Source: Polymyxa betae A26-41 | Lineage: Eukaryota; Protista; Endomyxa: Phytomyxea | NCBI GenBank assembly: GCA_003693705.1 | Contig: RBZT01000419.1 | Span: 124,001-188,000 of the forward strand | Direction of reading: 5' to 3' | Length of the DNA: 64,000 bases | Shown: positions 23,147 to 35,756 of the stretch, in pieces | Position numbering within the stretch: the stretch's first letter is position 1 | Layout: every line of letters starts with the position of its first letter | Program-made: the position numbers and the translations under genes | Notes under the pieces: generated by a model | What the model was told of the DNA's origin: nothing | Databases searched by the model: none | Seen by the model: only the letters and a program-made list of their open reading frames with translations

Positions 23147-24818
23147 TTAAGCTACAGCACTTGTCGAAACATCAAGGATTGGACACTGCAGCAAATCGGG
23201 ATCGAATCGAATCGTGGCAGGCATACCTACATGATCATATCAATGCTAGTTTCCATTAAGTAGTCACTAATTCTGACCAATTGACCGATAGCGCTTAACA
23301 TGAGCCAGGATTGTTTTGATTTCTATAATAATCATCAGATTATCAAGGATGCTCGATAATAGTCATAGATACCTTTATCTGGAGAATCCAAAGCCGATAC
23401 GTGCTTCTGACAAGTAATCAGATCAGAGCTTGTCGCCAAAGTCGTGGCCAGATCTTCACGGATCAAACGGCAGAGATTTTCAAACGAATCTGGAGATCTC
23501 AGGGTAATTGACACCATGTAGGTAAAAGGCTCATTGCAGGCAGGTTTCTGCTCTATCATCGATCTTAAGCCTAAGCAAACGTTTTAGTCCTGTGTGATTA
23601 CAAATTTTGCAGCCGTACATGAGAGGTTTTCGCCTCCTAATAACGCCACCGGAATTGCTGAAGCGCAGCATCCAGCACGATGGACTAAAGATTCCAATGC
23701 AGATCGACATTGTGGATTGGCGCAAGCGTTAGCCCTCCGGCATGGTTGCAATGTGGCGTAGTTATCGAATGTGGCGTCGGGAATGTTGCTGATGTTGTTC
23801 GATTTCATCAAATCATCAACAACGCGATTGATACAAGCATTGCCATTGCCGTCATCATAACACGCCCTGATAATCAGACAGAATTAGATAGGTTAGGATA
23901 TTGAGATGGTATATACCGTAATAGCAAATCAGAATCAGATTTGACCCCTTGAAGGCGATCCAGTGACAACTTTTTGGCGACAGATCGCTGATAGCATGGC
24001 TCACAGATACGTTTTGGTAGCGGTTCGTGACTCTGGATGCAGTATTTGTCATTGATCTATTCAAAACGATAATGAGCATAGGTTGTATGCAAAATAATCA
24101 AGATGATGCCGACCTTGTTACACTGAGTCTTAGCATAGATTTCTGGATGGTTGGAGCTGCCATTTCTCAATGACATTCGCCCAAAACTCTTTTAGAAAGA
24201 ATTAGAAACATATTAGTGACATGAGACATAATGATGAACCTTCTTGACGCAGGAAGTACAAGCAAGGTTTCGAAACTCAGCCTGATCAGAATTTATTAAC
24301 ATCATATCGTTGACGAGAGCTGCTTGAGCATCACAAGATTCAATAGTCTCAGGACATGCCATTTGGGTTGTGTACAAGATTTGATTTACGGTCTGAATGG
24401 CTCCCGCTCGAAGTCTGTCATCTGGCTTGCAAGCCAAGGCAACATTTCGGATTGGAGCTCGTAGCGTCTCACGACAACCAAGCCGATCTTGGCAAAAAAA
24501 CTGATTCGAAGAAGTTTGTGTTGACATTGAGACATTTCCTGAATAATCATCAAACAATGAAATATCCTGTGCTGTAACGTATTTACCAAGGCATGAGCGT
24601 GCCATTGTCAGAAGAACATTGACCTGATCAGCACAGGTGGAGTTTTCAGTTGGGAACACGAACTGGTCCAATGCTAGTTTCTGGCGCTGAATAGCAGGGA
24701 TTTGTTCGGGTTTTAGTACAGCGATCACTTGTGGCGGTTGCTGTGCATTTTTGGGAACTGTGTTAGCCGATGTGATGGCCAGAATATAGACAATGAACTT
24801 GAGAGATTGGTTCAGCAT
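23147..24818 (-). CDS. Secreted cysteine-rich protein, multi-exon
   Basis: ATG 24818 followed by signal-peptide-like MLNQSLKFIVYILAITSA; Cys-rich exons at 24240-24818, ~23610-23865 (CINRVV..PCRRANACANPQCRSAL..GCCA) and ~23370-23580; probable stop 23147-23149. Confidence 0.65.
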
Positions 24819-25321
24819 CTTGTGATTTGTGATCGTGTTCCAACTGGCAACCCGTTTCTCGTCTGACGGAACATGATGTGAATCATGATGAAATGAAATC
24901 TGGATTGTTGAATCGCTAACCCAAGGTGACTCACGTCTCATTCCTTATCCTTGGTATAAATCAGCTGAGAGTCAGTTGAAGGAGTGCATCAAGATTCTGA
25001 TCTCCATGCGATACAACTGTATGGCGTCCCATAAACTATGATAAATATGTTGTAGAAAGTTCCCTTCCGGTACACCATACTGATGCATATTCAGGCTAAT
25101 TGGGCAAGGCTGCCTTAAATAAGACAGCGAGACACCTTCGGCAAGTTTCGCAGTAAACCGTTAACATGATGTATGTCTCATTACTGCTCTGTAGAGGCTT
25201 GAAACACTGAAAAAATTTCAAGGTGAAGTTAATGGGTTTTTCAATAGAGCAGAAAACGGATCTCTTAGATCGAATTCTAGAGATAAATATATATTATGAA
25301 TTTGTTACAGCTTTCATTGCT

Positions 25322-26173
25322 TTAAACTTTGCCAAAGACTGTAATCATGGCAAAGCAGGTGTACAGTAAAAATGTTGGATATGCGATTAGCCAACGCTGT
25401 TCTTGCATTTTAAAAACCAATTCAATAAACCGAACCGCAGACCATGTACACCAAGATATAGTAGCGAAAGCGATCCCAAGCCCGACTTGACCAGATAGAT
25501 CAAAACCGACGGAAATCAATGCCAGCAATACAATAGGTAGCAAACAGTAACCCAGAATGCTCATAATGCGATGGAAATCGAGATCGTTTTCGCACATTAG
25601 ATTCAAGACTGTGTAAATACCGATGCATCCAACGATTCCGAATCCATAAATATAGCCAAAGTAAAGTTTTCCAGACTAGGATAAATATGAATGATCTGAG
25701 GATAAGCAGCAAATAGATTACCAGCAGAAGAAAGGCCCCAAGTAGGATGCAATAAACTAGTGGACCTGCAAGATCGCCTTCTTCCATTGACTTTGAATCG
25801 ATTTTTATTGGTACCAAGACATATTTAGTTTTACTCCAAATGTCGTTGAAATCAATTCCTAATTCTGGCGACACGACAAATGAGTATAGCGCTCACCTGG
25901 AAAGTTATAAAACGAAAAATATGTCGTCATCAATTGCCCAAAATCGTCATAAAAGAGAATTGACCACTGAACGTTGTGCATACCTTCTAGAAGCGGTGGT
26001 TCGGTAAATTCGTCAAACTCTGTGCCACCCGGGCTGAATGCCGCTCTAGCATTGGCCGCCATAGGCCTCATCTGGCCCGAAATAGAGCCATGCATTGAAG
26101 AATGATCGGCCTGATACCTAGCAGCACCTTGATAGAACTGCAAGGTGTCATTCTGCTCAGATTTTGGCAGCAT
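25322..26173 (-). CDS. YIP1: Yip1/YIPF5-like Golgi membrane trafficking protein, multi-exon
   Basis: EPPLLE|ELGIDF; DLAGPL; GKLYFGYIYG; SILGYCLLP; QRWLIAYP. Confidence 0.92.
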
Positions 26174-26710
26174 TGCTTTTAATGTCTGAAGAAATTTGCG
26201 AATACTGCACAAAGGACTTGAAACCTACGCAATAATTAACAGTATAAACTCGACTGTCGACTCCATATCCCTATCTTACTGTACAAGGAATCATTCTATT
26301 ACAATTTGCAAGCGATCAGACTAGTGTTAGTGCTGGAATTTTATCTTTTGAGAATCTCTTTTGCAAAGTGCAGTAGGTGCCAGAATCAATGCGTTTTATC
26401 AAAAGCAGATCGTTGCCATCAATCTTGACTAAGAAATCAGAGCTAGCAGTTAGCACCAGCAGTAATATGAAAATTGGAGAAGTTTCAACCTCACAAGTGA
26501 TGTCCTGGAATGAATTCGTTCCGACTTGTCTGCTGAATTATTCGGCCAGTGTTACTCTATCTAACGTTCAGGCATTTTTAAATGCTCGTACTTGCAATTG
26601 CTCTCCCAAATAGTCGTTAGAAATCTATTACTCTATTCAAGTCTATTCAGTGTAAAGTTGGATCAATCTACGATCAAATCGCTCTACAGTCGTCACAGAA
26701 TCTTGGATTC

Positions 26711-29031
26711 ATGTCTTCGCTGGAGTTATCAGCTGTTATCGGATTCGCTGGTGATGTTAATTCTGGTCTACTATTACAAGATGATGACGAGCATTTGATC
26801 TATCCTTTGGGCTCTAATGTTGTCATTAAGAATCTCCTAAAGAATACTCAGAGATTCTTAAACAAAGATGGACATGATCATGCTGTATCATGCTTATCAA
26901 TGTCACATGATGGCACAATGTTAGCTACAGGACAGATAACACATATGGGATTTCCAGCTGTAGCAATAATATGGCATCTACCTACTGGTCATATTCGTCA
27001 GAAATTATCTCTTCATAAGGGGAAAATTCAAGCCTTGGCATTCTCTCATGATGATCGATATTTGGCCACATTGGGTGGTGAAGATGATAACAAATTAGTA
27101 ATCTGGTCTGTTGAGACTGGAGATCCAGGCAAGTTTCTCTCATTCTGTTCTCAATAATCGTTAATGATTATTGAGAAATAGTTTGTGGTGCACCTGCTTC
27201 CAATGATACAGCTCTAAGCGTGAAATTTTTCAATACTCAGCTACGCTTAATCACAGCTGGCAAATATAATCTTCGAATATGGGATTTCGATCTGGCTAAT
27301 AGAAAAATTCGCCCAACTGATTGTCGTCTTGGGTCCATTAAGCGAGTAGCCAATGTAGTTCAGATCGATGCAAGTGATCAGTTTATTTATGTCGGGACAA
27401 GCTCTGGAGATTTACTTCGCGTTAATGTTAAAGTATAATGCAATTATCATGAATGCAGGTTTCTGGTGTGCTCATTGTTTATACTGTAGGCACATCTGTT
27501 TAAAGATGCAGGACCGAGAAAGAAACCAATGGCTAATGGAATCCGAATTGTAACTCTTATTGATAATGGTGATGTTCTAATTGGTGCTGGAGATGGTACT
27601 GTTGCTTTATTACGTGCGTCTGATCTATCAATTATAAGATCACATCAATTTGATGGAGCTATATCCAGTATCACATTGAACAAAGCTCGTGTATAATATT
27701 CTAATCATTATGGTTGGGATAGATCTAATCTATGGTTTAGGATCATTTCTTTGTTGGAACTACAAAGTCAAATATCCATCTAGTTCATTTACAATCGTTT
27801 GATAATGAGCTACGTTCAACATGTCATTTCGGTCGAATTAATGATGTCTGCTTTCCAGATGGATATTCCGAGTTATTCGTCACAGTATGGATTTCGTATT
27901 TTACACGAAAATAATTCCTGAACAGCCTGCAGGCATCTGTTAATGATATTCGTGTATGGAATGCTCGACTTCGAAATGAATTATTACGAATTCATATCAA
28001 AGGATTAGAATCACTCTGTGTCACATTAACTAGAGATGGGAAATCAATTATCAGTGGATGGAATGATGGGAAGATTCGGGCATTCCGACCTCAATCAGGA
28101 AAGTTAATGTATATTATTCATGATGCACATGAAGATGGTGTAACTGCTATTACAACAACAAGTGATGGTAAACGTATTATTAGTGGTGGTGGTGATGGTC
28201 GTGTTCGTGTATGGGCCATTGGTATATCATAATATTATTTACTTAATCATTACTCAATCATAATATCAGGTGAACATAGACATGTAATGGTTGCAAGTCT
28301 TAAAGAGCATAAAGCTAAAGTAACATTCATACGAGTTAAGAGCGATGATACTGAATGTGTATCATCGTCCTTTGATGGTTCATGCATTGTTTGGGATTTA
28401 GTTAGCTATTTACGTCTTAATGCCATGTTTGCATCAACACAGTTTAATGCAATTATTTACCATCCTGATGATAGTCAGTTGTTAACAACCGGAACTGACA
28501 GAAAGGTTTTTAGAAGTTTTCACTCAATGATTTGTGCTGACTTTAATATATGAAGATTACTTATTGGGATGCCGTTGATGGTAATGCTATTCGGATTGTA
28601 GATGGCTCAAACGCAGGCGAAATTACCTCATTGGATGTCTCTGCTGATGGAGAGATGTTCATTACAGGCAGTGCTGATAAACTTGTTAAGGTTATTTATT
28701 ACATGCTATTGCCAATTTAATTCAACTGAATACTGTCTAGCTATGGGGATATGATGAAGGACATTGCTACTTTTATGGTCTTGGCCATAGTGGTGCTATT
28801 AAACGTGTTGCTATTTCACCTGATCAGAAATCTATTGTTTCTGTTGGAGAAGAAGGTGCTGTCTTCGTCTGGAATATGCCAGCTGCAGGATTCTTGAAGA
28901 TTCCGACCCTTGAAGGATTATCAAATCCAACAGCTGTTGAATCACTGACTTCTAAGCAAATTCCTAAATCTGCTCAATCAGCTCCAGGTGCTACTACTGC
29001 TGCTACTGCTCTCCATCCTACTCATTTATAA
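26711..29031 (+). CDS. CFAP52: Cilia- and flagella-associated protein 52 (WDR16), multi-exon
   Basis: LELSAVIGFAG..LIYPLG; LHKGKIQALAFS; LGGEDD; RKIRPTDCRLG; SGWNDGKIRAF; LKEHK; GTDRKITYWD; LWGYDEG. Confidence 0.93.
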
Positions 29032-29342
29032 CACATCACAATCTTCTATCTGTTCTTAATATTTGTAAGAAACCATTGTGAAGATGCCATGATTGCACAA
29101 ATAAAGTTCAAGCATTGAATAACACCCGTTGGAGGTCAAACAGGTTTGATGCCTCTCGAGATTCTATCGTTTGATATTTCATTTTAACTTATCTTTGGAA
29201 GACTATTACCTATTTTGTATTCGTACTTGGAAAGATATCGCATTGTTGTAGTTGTTGTAATGTGATTAATAATGATGATAGACAGATTGGTTTATTATTA
29301 GAGAAATAGTTCAGATAGCTGGTACAGTCATATTGGTTTAAT

Positions 29343-29747
29343 ATGAAGATCCATAGCCATGTTCGTGATAAACAAATTACAATTGAATGTGGTCCTGGAA
29401 CACAATCAATCAAATGGCTGAGTATTGGACCTTCCTCCTGGGATTCTTTTCTCATCTCTCATGTGAACAGGCGATGTCAGTGTCTGTCGTTATGATAACA
29501 ATCTGGGCATCAGTTTAGGAGTGCCTCAAGCTGTGATTAATGACGCCCGCCAGCGTCTTAACATGAACGACTCGATCATCTCTTGCTTAAATGATGGTGC
29601 CAATGTCTGGATCCAGCTCTGTAATCGTGATAATACATCTATTCAATTGCAATAACAATCGAAATCCTATCAATACTAGTACTTGGTATAAGTAGTGAGT
29701 TGGCAAGGAAAGGATTCGATGAGTCTCGATTAGTGAATAACAGGTAA
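29343..29747 (+). CDS. Small protein with Par3/HAL N-terminal-like (ubiquitin-like fold) domain, 3 exons
   Basis: MKIHSHVRDKQITIECGPGTQSIKWL|GDVSVCRYD..LNMNDSIISCLNDGANVWIQL, joined across short GT-AG introns. Confidence 0.6.
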
Positions 29748-30079
29748 TCGCCTCATGCTCTAAGTTTCAAACCCTATCCAACAGTATAATCAATGTTAAT
29801 GATCTCACGATGGTATAACTGCTGCCATAATGGACAATCATGAACTGCCTGAATATCGCCTTCCTGTATAGCTAAAGGATCAATTAGGACTTTGAAGAAA
29901 ACCAGTTTAAATAAGATACCGATAACGATAATGTGAGAATGTCCAACAATGAATATCAACAGGTCGTTGAGTAATTTCTAATCGTCTGCTAGCAAGTTAA
30001 TGTCAATGTTGATCCTCATCACGTCGAAAACATATCCCTACTCAAGTTTGTATTCAATAATCGAGACCGATAAAACTAT

Positions 30080-30390
30080 ACTTCGTTGCTCATGGTTAAA
30101 ATGGTTATTCGGTGCTTTAAGGAAAAATCAGCCGTTTGCTGCATACAAAATTGCAGCTTGTCAAAACCTGTCTTCGAGTTTGACACTTTCATGAAAATTG
30201 TACGTATCTTGGAATGTATCCTGGTTCTGAAAGCACTTCGTTGCTCATGGTTAAAATGGTTATTCGGTGCTTTAAGGAAAAATCAGCCGTTTGCTGCATA
30301 CAAAATTGCAGCTTGTCAAAACCTGTCTTCGAGTTTGACACTTTCATGAAAATTGTACGTATCTTGGAATGTATCCTAGTTCTGAAAGCA
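30080..30390. repeat. Tandem duplication, 155 bp x2
   Basis: cttcgttgctcatggttaaaatgg...tctgaaagca begins at 30081 and again at 30236; one mismatch seen (ctggtt/ctagtt). Confidence 0.95.
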
Positions 30391-30563
30391 TATTTTGGCT
30401 CTGATTAACACGGTTGCAATAATACGTGTCTTTCACACATTGTATTACGATAGAACCCTGCTGGAACATACAGAAAAACAGATATCATTTAGGCAGTGGA
30501 AAACCCCAGTTGAAGTATTATATTATCGAATAAATGCATTTAAAGAGATTATTAAATGATGAA

Positions 30564-30713
30564 TGATTGTTAGGCTATCCTTCATTGGTGATTGTTAGGC
30601 TATCCTTCATTGGTGATTGTTAGGCTATCCTTCATTGGTGATTGTTAGGCTATCCTTCATTGGTGATTGTTAGGCTATCCTTCATTGGTGATTGTTAGGC
30701 TATCCTTCATTGG
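30564..30713. repeat. Perfect minisatellite, 25 bp x6 (tgattgttaggctatccttcattgg)
   Basis: Identical units at 30564, 30589, 30614, 30639, 30664, 30689 with no spacers. Confidence 0.97.
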
Positions 30714-33700
30714 CTATACTTGTGGACTTTTAGAGCGGCAACAAGCGTCTGAGGATCAATGCCAAGATCGATGAGCTCTTTCTCACAATCTTTAAGAGTT
30801 TGGGGTAGCTGTGAATAAGCCAAACTGTGCAGAACAGACACTATCTGCTCATGAATCCACCGACGATGTGAATCTCTCCAAACTTCAACGCTGACATAAA
30901 CATTTGCAGTTGGGTTGAACTTGCAGCTAGCAACATGAACATGAGCGTCGTCGCCACAATCGTGCAGGCAAAAGGCGCAGAACCGACATGGGCAGTTGTG
31001 ACAGGTCAACGCTGCACAACCATCGAAATCGATGAAGGCGGCGTGACAGCGAGGACAGGCTGGTGTTAAGAACTCGATGATCTTGCGACGAACTAGAACC
31101 GGAGCCTCTTCAGCTCGACGTTTAATCTCCAACTCAAGTCGAGCAGGGAAGTTCTGCTCGAATTCCTCGTTGATAGTCTTCTCCAGGACCTTCTCCTTTG
31201 ACTTCATATATTGCTCAAATACAGGTGCCGATACCCATTTAGCGATAGTGGCGTCACTGAAGGCAGGTGATACACATTCGGCAGCGCGAGTGTATGGGCA
31301 GATGATCATGCCGCCATGCAGAGACAGGATGCGAAGATCGCCATCAGATTCATGGATGACCAGCTGACTGAAACAATCTCGACAGAAGAAATGGAGCTGA
31401 TCGGGCCGGGAGTCGATTGATGGGCAAGCAACACAATCGGAACGTTTGTAGTCCTCAAAGCAGATGCCGCACGTGACATTCATGGACATATTACGAAGAT
31501 CTTCAGCAAGGCGAAGAGTCTCGCGAATACGAGCTGCTTCTTTATCGCGATCAGCCTCAAGGGTAGCGACTTCCTCCAGAGCCACTTCTTGAGAATGCTG
31601 AATGATGGCTTCATGGGCGGCCTTTAACGTTGCTGATGTTCGCTGTGCCTCTTTAACTAATCTGTCGATGCGAGCTTGCTCATCAAGGCGGCGCCTTTCA
31701 GCGTCTTCGTGGCATTTGCGGATCTCGCAAGCGACGTCGGAAGCAATTTTTTGGCAAGTCTGAAGAGCGTCCAGCTCGGCCTTCTTTTTGTCAGCCATCG
31801 CCTTGTGAAGAAGCACATCGGCATTCTGCTCGGTTTTTTTGATAGCCATATCGCTGGCAAGACGGGCATTCTCCATCTCGATATCTAACAGCTTCTTGGC
31901 CTGCACCTCCATCATGGCAGCAAATTTGTTGACCTTCTCCGTTTCGATCTGCAAAAGAGAACGTTTACGATTGGCTTCGATCTCGCAATTGAAACATTTC
32001 GCTTCGTAGATGGGAACGTAGCACTTTCGAACGATTTGCATGTTGCATTCCGAACAGATATCAACAACTTGCTGGCGACATTTCGGTATTCTGCTTTCTT
32101 CACGACATGGCCGCATAATCTTGTGCCCATCAGGGCATTTATCAGGAAATCGCACAGAGCATTTCGCATGCGGGATGATGGCTGGATCGTGACAGGGTGA
32201 TTGACATCTATGACCACATGGAAGCTCTGCTTCACATAAGGTGGAACAACCACCATGAGGAGTCAATGTCACGAAATCAACATGATCGCGAACCAACATC
32301 TCAATATCGTGTCGAGGACAGACTGCTGGAATACCATCGGTTACACGGAATGATTCGAGGACTTTCTCCCAAACAGGACAGGCGTCTGCAAGACAGCTTC
32401 GATTACCGAACAGAATCAAGCCATGTCGTGATCTTGTCAATAAGACATTGATACGTTCCGGCTGTTTCAGGAAACCAATGCGTCCATTTGGGTTATTTCG
32501 AACCAATGATACTAAGATGATGTCTGCTTGCTGACCCTGAAAGTTATCAACTGTTGATACACGAATCGAACAATGACTTTCAGTACGTCTGGGCGATCTA
32601 GTCGTCATCGGTGCATTCGAGTCGAAATAAACTTCATCTAGAGCGCTCTGGTCGGACTCGCCCAAAATTACTTCAATCTTGGCACGACTGAGGACTTCGC
32701 GAATCTCTAACAGCTGTCCGAGATAAGGAGTGAGGATGACAATTTGGTCAGTTCGATAGCCTTGCTGGCAGAGGTAAAGCGCTGTACCCACCAAAAGCTT
32801 AGCCTCAAGAGGGTTGATCTTTGATGTTGATGTCACCAGACGACTGTTAGTTGAGAGTGTCTTTTCGGTCCGTTCTAGACCAAGATGATTCACGAAGATC
32901 AAGTCGTTTTTCAATCCTTTTAGGTGTGGGTAGCCCAATACTGATGCTCCATCAAGCAGGTCGTGATAAGTGATGCGGCGAATCACCGCCGAGATTTCTG
33001 GGCGCATACGATGCTGCGTTCGAAGAGTGACGAACGGATGACCGTTTATAATGAGCCGCTCGAAGGTTGATCGATTCAGATCGAGACCATTTTCAGATTC
33101 GACCGACAATCGGTGATTGTTGATTTTTGGTCGGAGCTGCATATGATCACCAATCATGACGACTTTTTCTGTAAAAACATTGATAGAACCGAGGACATTG
33201 GCGTCGAGTAATTCGGCAGCTTCCTCCACTATCATCACATCGCATTTGACATCGTTTAATAGGGCACGATACTTAGCAGCACCCGTTGCTGTGCAACCGA
33301 TAACTTTAGCCTTCATCAAGATCGGTAATTCGTTCTTTTGGTTAATGGAAAGGCGTTCCTCAAGGAGCTGTTTGTACTGAACGAATTTTGAGGCAAGAAT
33401 AGTCATCTGTTCAGCGCGGATCTCTTCCTGCCATGTCTTAAGTAATGCTAATCGCTCCTGATGGTTCAATGTCCAAAGGAAATACTTCTGCCGGGATGGA
33501 TGACTCGTTGCATGACCTAATCGCCAATTCCGCCATAGATCAGCTGAAGAGCGAATAACTTGACCATCATAGGCCAACTCCAACGAATCATCACCGAAAT
33601 CCTCAAGATCGAATTGTGAAGACATTTCAGGATCTAAATGAGCACCAAAGAAAGGCCAATCGATGATAGGGCGTGAGACGACGGCTGTCAGTTCTTCAAT

Positions 33701-35756
33701 ATCGTTCTCGAGTTCTTTTAGCAATTGGTAAACATCGTGTAACCTGCCGCGGTAATGACCTTCCAGGGTTGGTGGACGTGAACGCCCATTTCGATGGCTG
33801 AGAACGTACTTTGATAGACGATCGCTGCAGCAGCGGCCGCCAATCCGAACAATATCGGTTAAACCCGCATCCAAAAGAGCCTCCAGGAATTGATCTAATT
33901 GATGATTCGTATAACAGACGCAGAGAATTCGGGTGAAAGGCTTCTTCGACAAGGCCAATGCAATCAGAACACCGATGAGGGTTTTACCAGTTCCAGGCGG
34001 ACCCTAAAGACAGATTTCAGGTCGATAAATGAGAAATGCAATATTCTCTCGTTACCTGAATTAATGCAAGTTTTTCATTGTTGTCAACACCGAAAGCAAA
34101 AGCACGTCGTTGCGCTTCATCAAGTGAAACCGCTTTCTCAAAAGTTTCTTCACCGAACTCTTTCAAAGCAGAATACATCGAATCGTCATCAATAGCGACA
34201 GAAGATGGATCGAACTTGGACGGGATTACCAGATGTTGATAGAACGGGAAATCCGACGAGCACTGAAGCGCTTCGAGAGCCGGTTTATAAGAGAAGAAAT
34301 TGAAGCAGCCTTGGAGAAGTTCGAACTCATCGATGGAAGATTGAATATCAGCAAGGAGCTTAAACGACTTCTCATTCTCTACGGCGATTCCAACGACATA
34401 GCGTTTCTCAGCCGCTTCGTCAATGTTGTAATCGCCGTCATCGCCTTGGCGATCATTCCAGTCGTAATTACGATCAGAAGCAAATTGGCGATGGATAACT
34501 TCGCCAAATACAATTGGATGGCGATCTTTGGCGATACAGACTAAAGATCCGATCGACAACCATCGTGATTTGCGCCAGAATTCCTTTTTATGCAAAGGTG
34601 ACATTCTCTGGACAGCCACAGGAGCATCGAATGAGAGAATTGCACATGGCTGAGGACGAAGTTCGAATTCTTCGACACAGACGTTAGAGAAGACAATGGG
34701 GCATGGTTTGGCGAGATTATCACGAAGCATGCTGACCATATCTTCACGAAGCAAACGGAAAGAACGATCAACCATACGCAAAGCAGGTTCGTCAAGAAGG
34801 AATCCATCTTCGCCATTCGCCATTGGCAAAAACGTATTATCGGAGCTTTTGGATAGGTCGATTTCATCAGGGATGGGTGTGATCTGTATCCGTTTGAAAT
34901 CGTAAAAATCATTGGCATGGCGCCCACCAGGTTGGTTTTCGATGGCACATAGTGATAAATCATTGGAGTCGCTTTCGCCTGGTTTGCGTTGAATGAGTGT
35001 AGAGATACGCTCGGCTCTGCTAACGCCTTGAAGAAGAAGGGACTCTACCAGACTCTGCAGATGGTTCCAATTATCGGACATCTCACTTCTGACAACATCC
35101 AGATAGACGGAGCATAATAAGAATAGAACTAAAGATTCGGTATCTTCCAACTTTCTAACACTAAGAACCTCTAGTAATCGCTGCATGAGGAACGGTACCG
35201 CCCAAATAGCGTTAAGAAGTGCTTGCAAAGAGGTCCGAGCAGCTGGATCATAACGAGCTGGAGTGTTAACGATTGATCTTAAAATCGGCATGACAAGCGT
35301 ATTGACGATTTCGATATTATCGTTGGTGAATAGATTGACCTGACTAATCATGAGTATCTGCCGTAGGCGCTGCATGCCGAACTGGGAAGGCGAAACCAGT
35401 CGCCAGATGACTTCTAATGGTTCGATCTCACTCATACAGACTAAGGCATTCACGAACCGGACAGCACACTGATAACCACCCAGATCGGCATGCGGATTCG
35501 TCATCAGTTTCTCTAACATCGGTCGATCTAATGCCAAAGGTCGACGTGCCCGATGGGCAGCTAAATTCGAGTTCATCGAAGGCCATCCACATTCGCCCGA
35601 TTTCTGCTTCTGTGCATCTCGCCTACCTAGATATGGATGAACGTGAGCAATTACTTACAAAGTGAATACGTGCAACGAACCAGAATGTTTGGACCAAGAA
35701 GAGCGAGAAATGGATGGATTAGGGATCCAGTTATGATTCTGACTGGCAGCCCTCAT
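30707..35756 (-). CDS. ZNFX1/NFX1-type zinc-finger SF1 (UPF1-like) RNA helicase with C-terminal coiled coil and RING + IBR/Rcat-like fingers
   Basis: PGGRHANDFYDFKRIQITP; FRLLREDM; LIQ|GPPGTGKT across a short intron near 34004-34055; CYTNHQLDQFLE; IVEEAAE; IGDHMQLRP; LRTQHRMRPEIS; TVDNFQG; RINVLLTRSRHG; NFX1-like Cys/His repeats. Start at 35756 is tentative. Confidence 0.9.

Noticed and set aside
30000-30408. Three short ORFs with repeated peptides
   Set aside because: By-products of the 155-bp duplication; no protein motif
30564-30713. CRISPR-like 25-bp direct repeats next to a helicase
   Set aside because: No spacers, eukaryotic context, and the helicase is ZNFX1/UPF1-like rather than Cas3
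31077-34963. Antisense and alternate-frame ORFs overlapping the helicase gene
   Set aside because: Expected shadows of long GC-richer exons; no independent motifs
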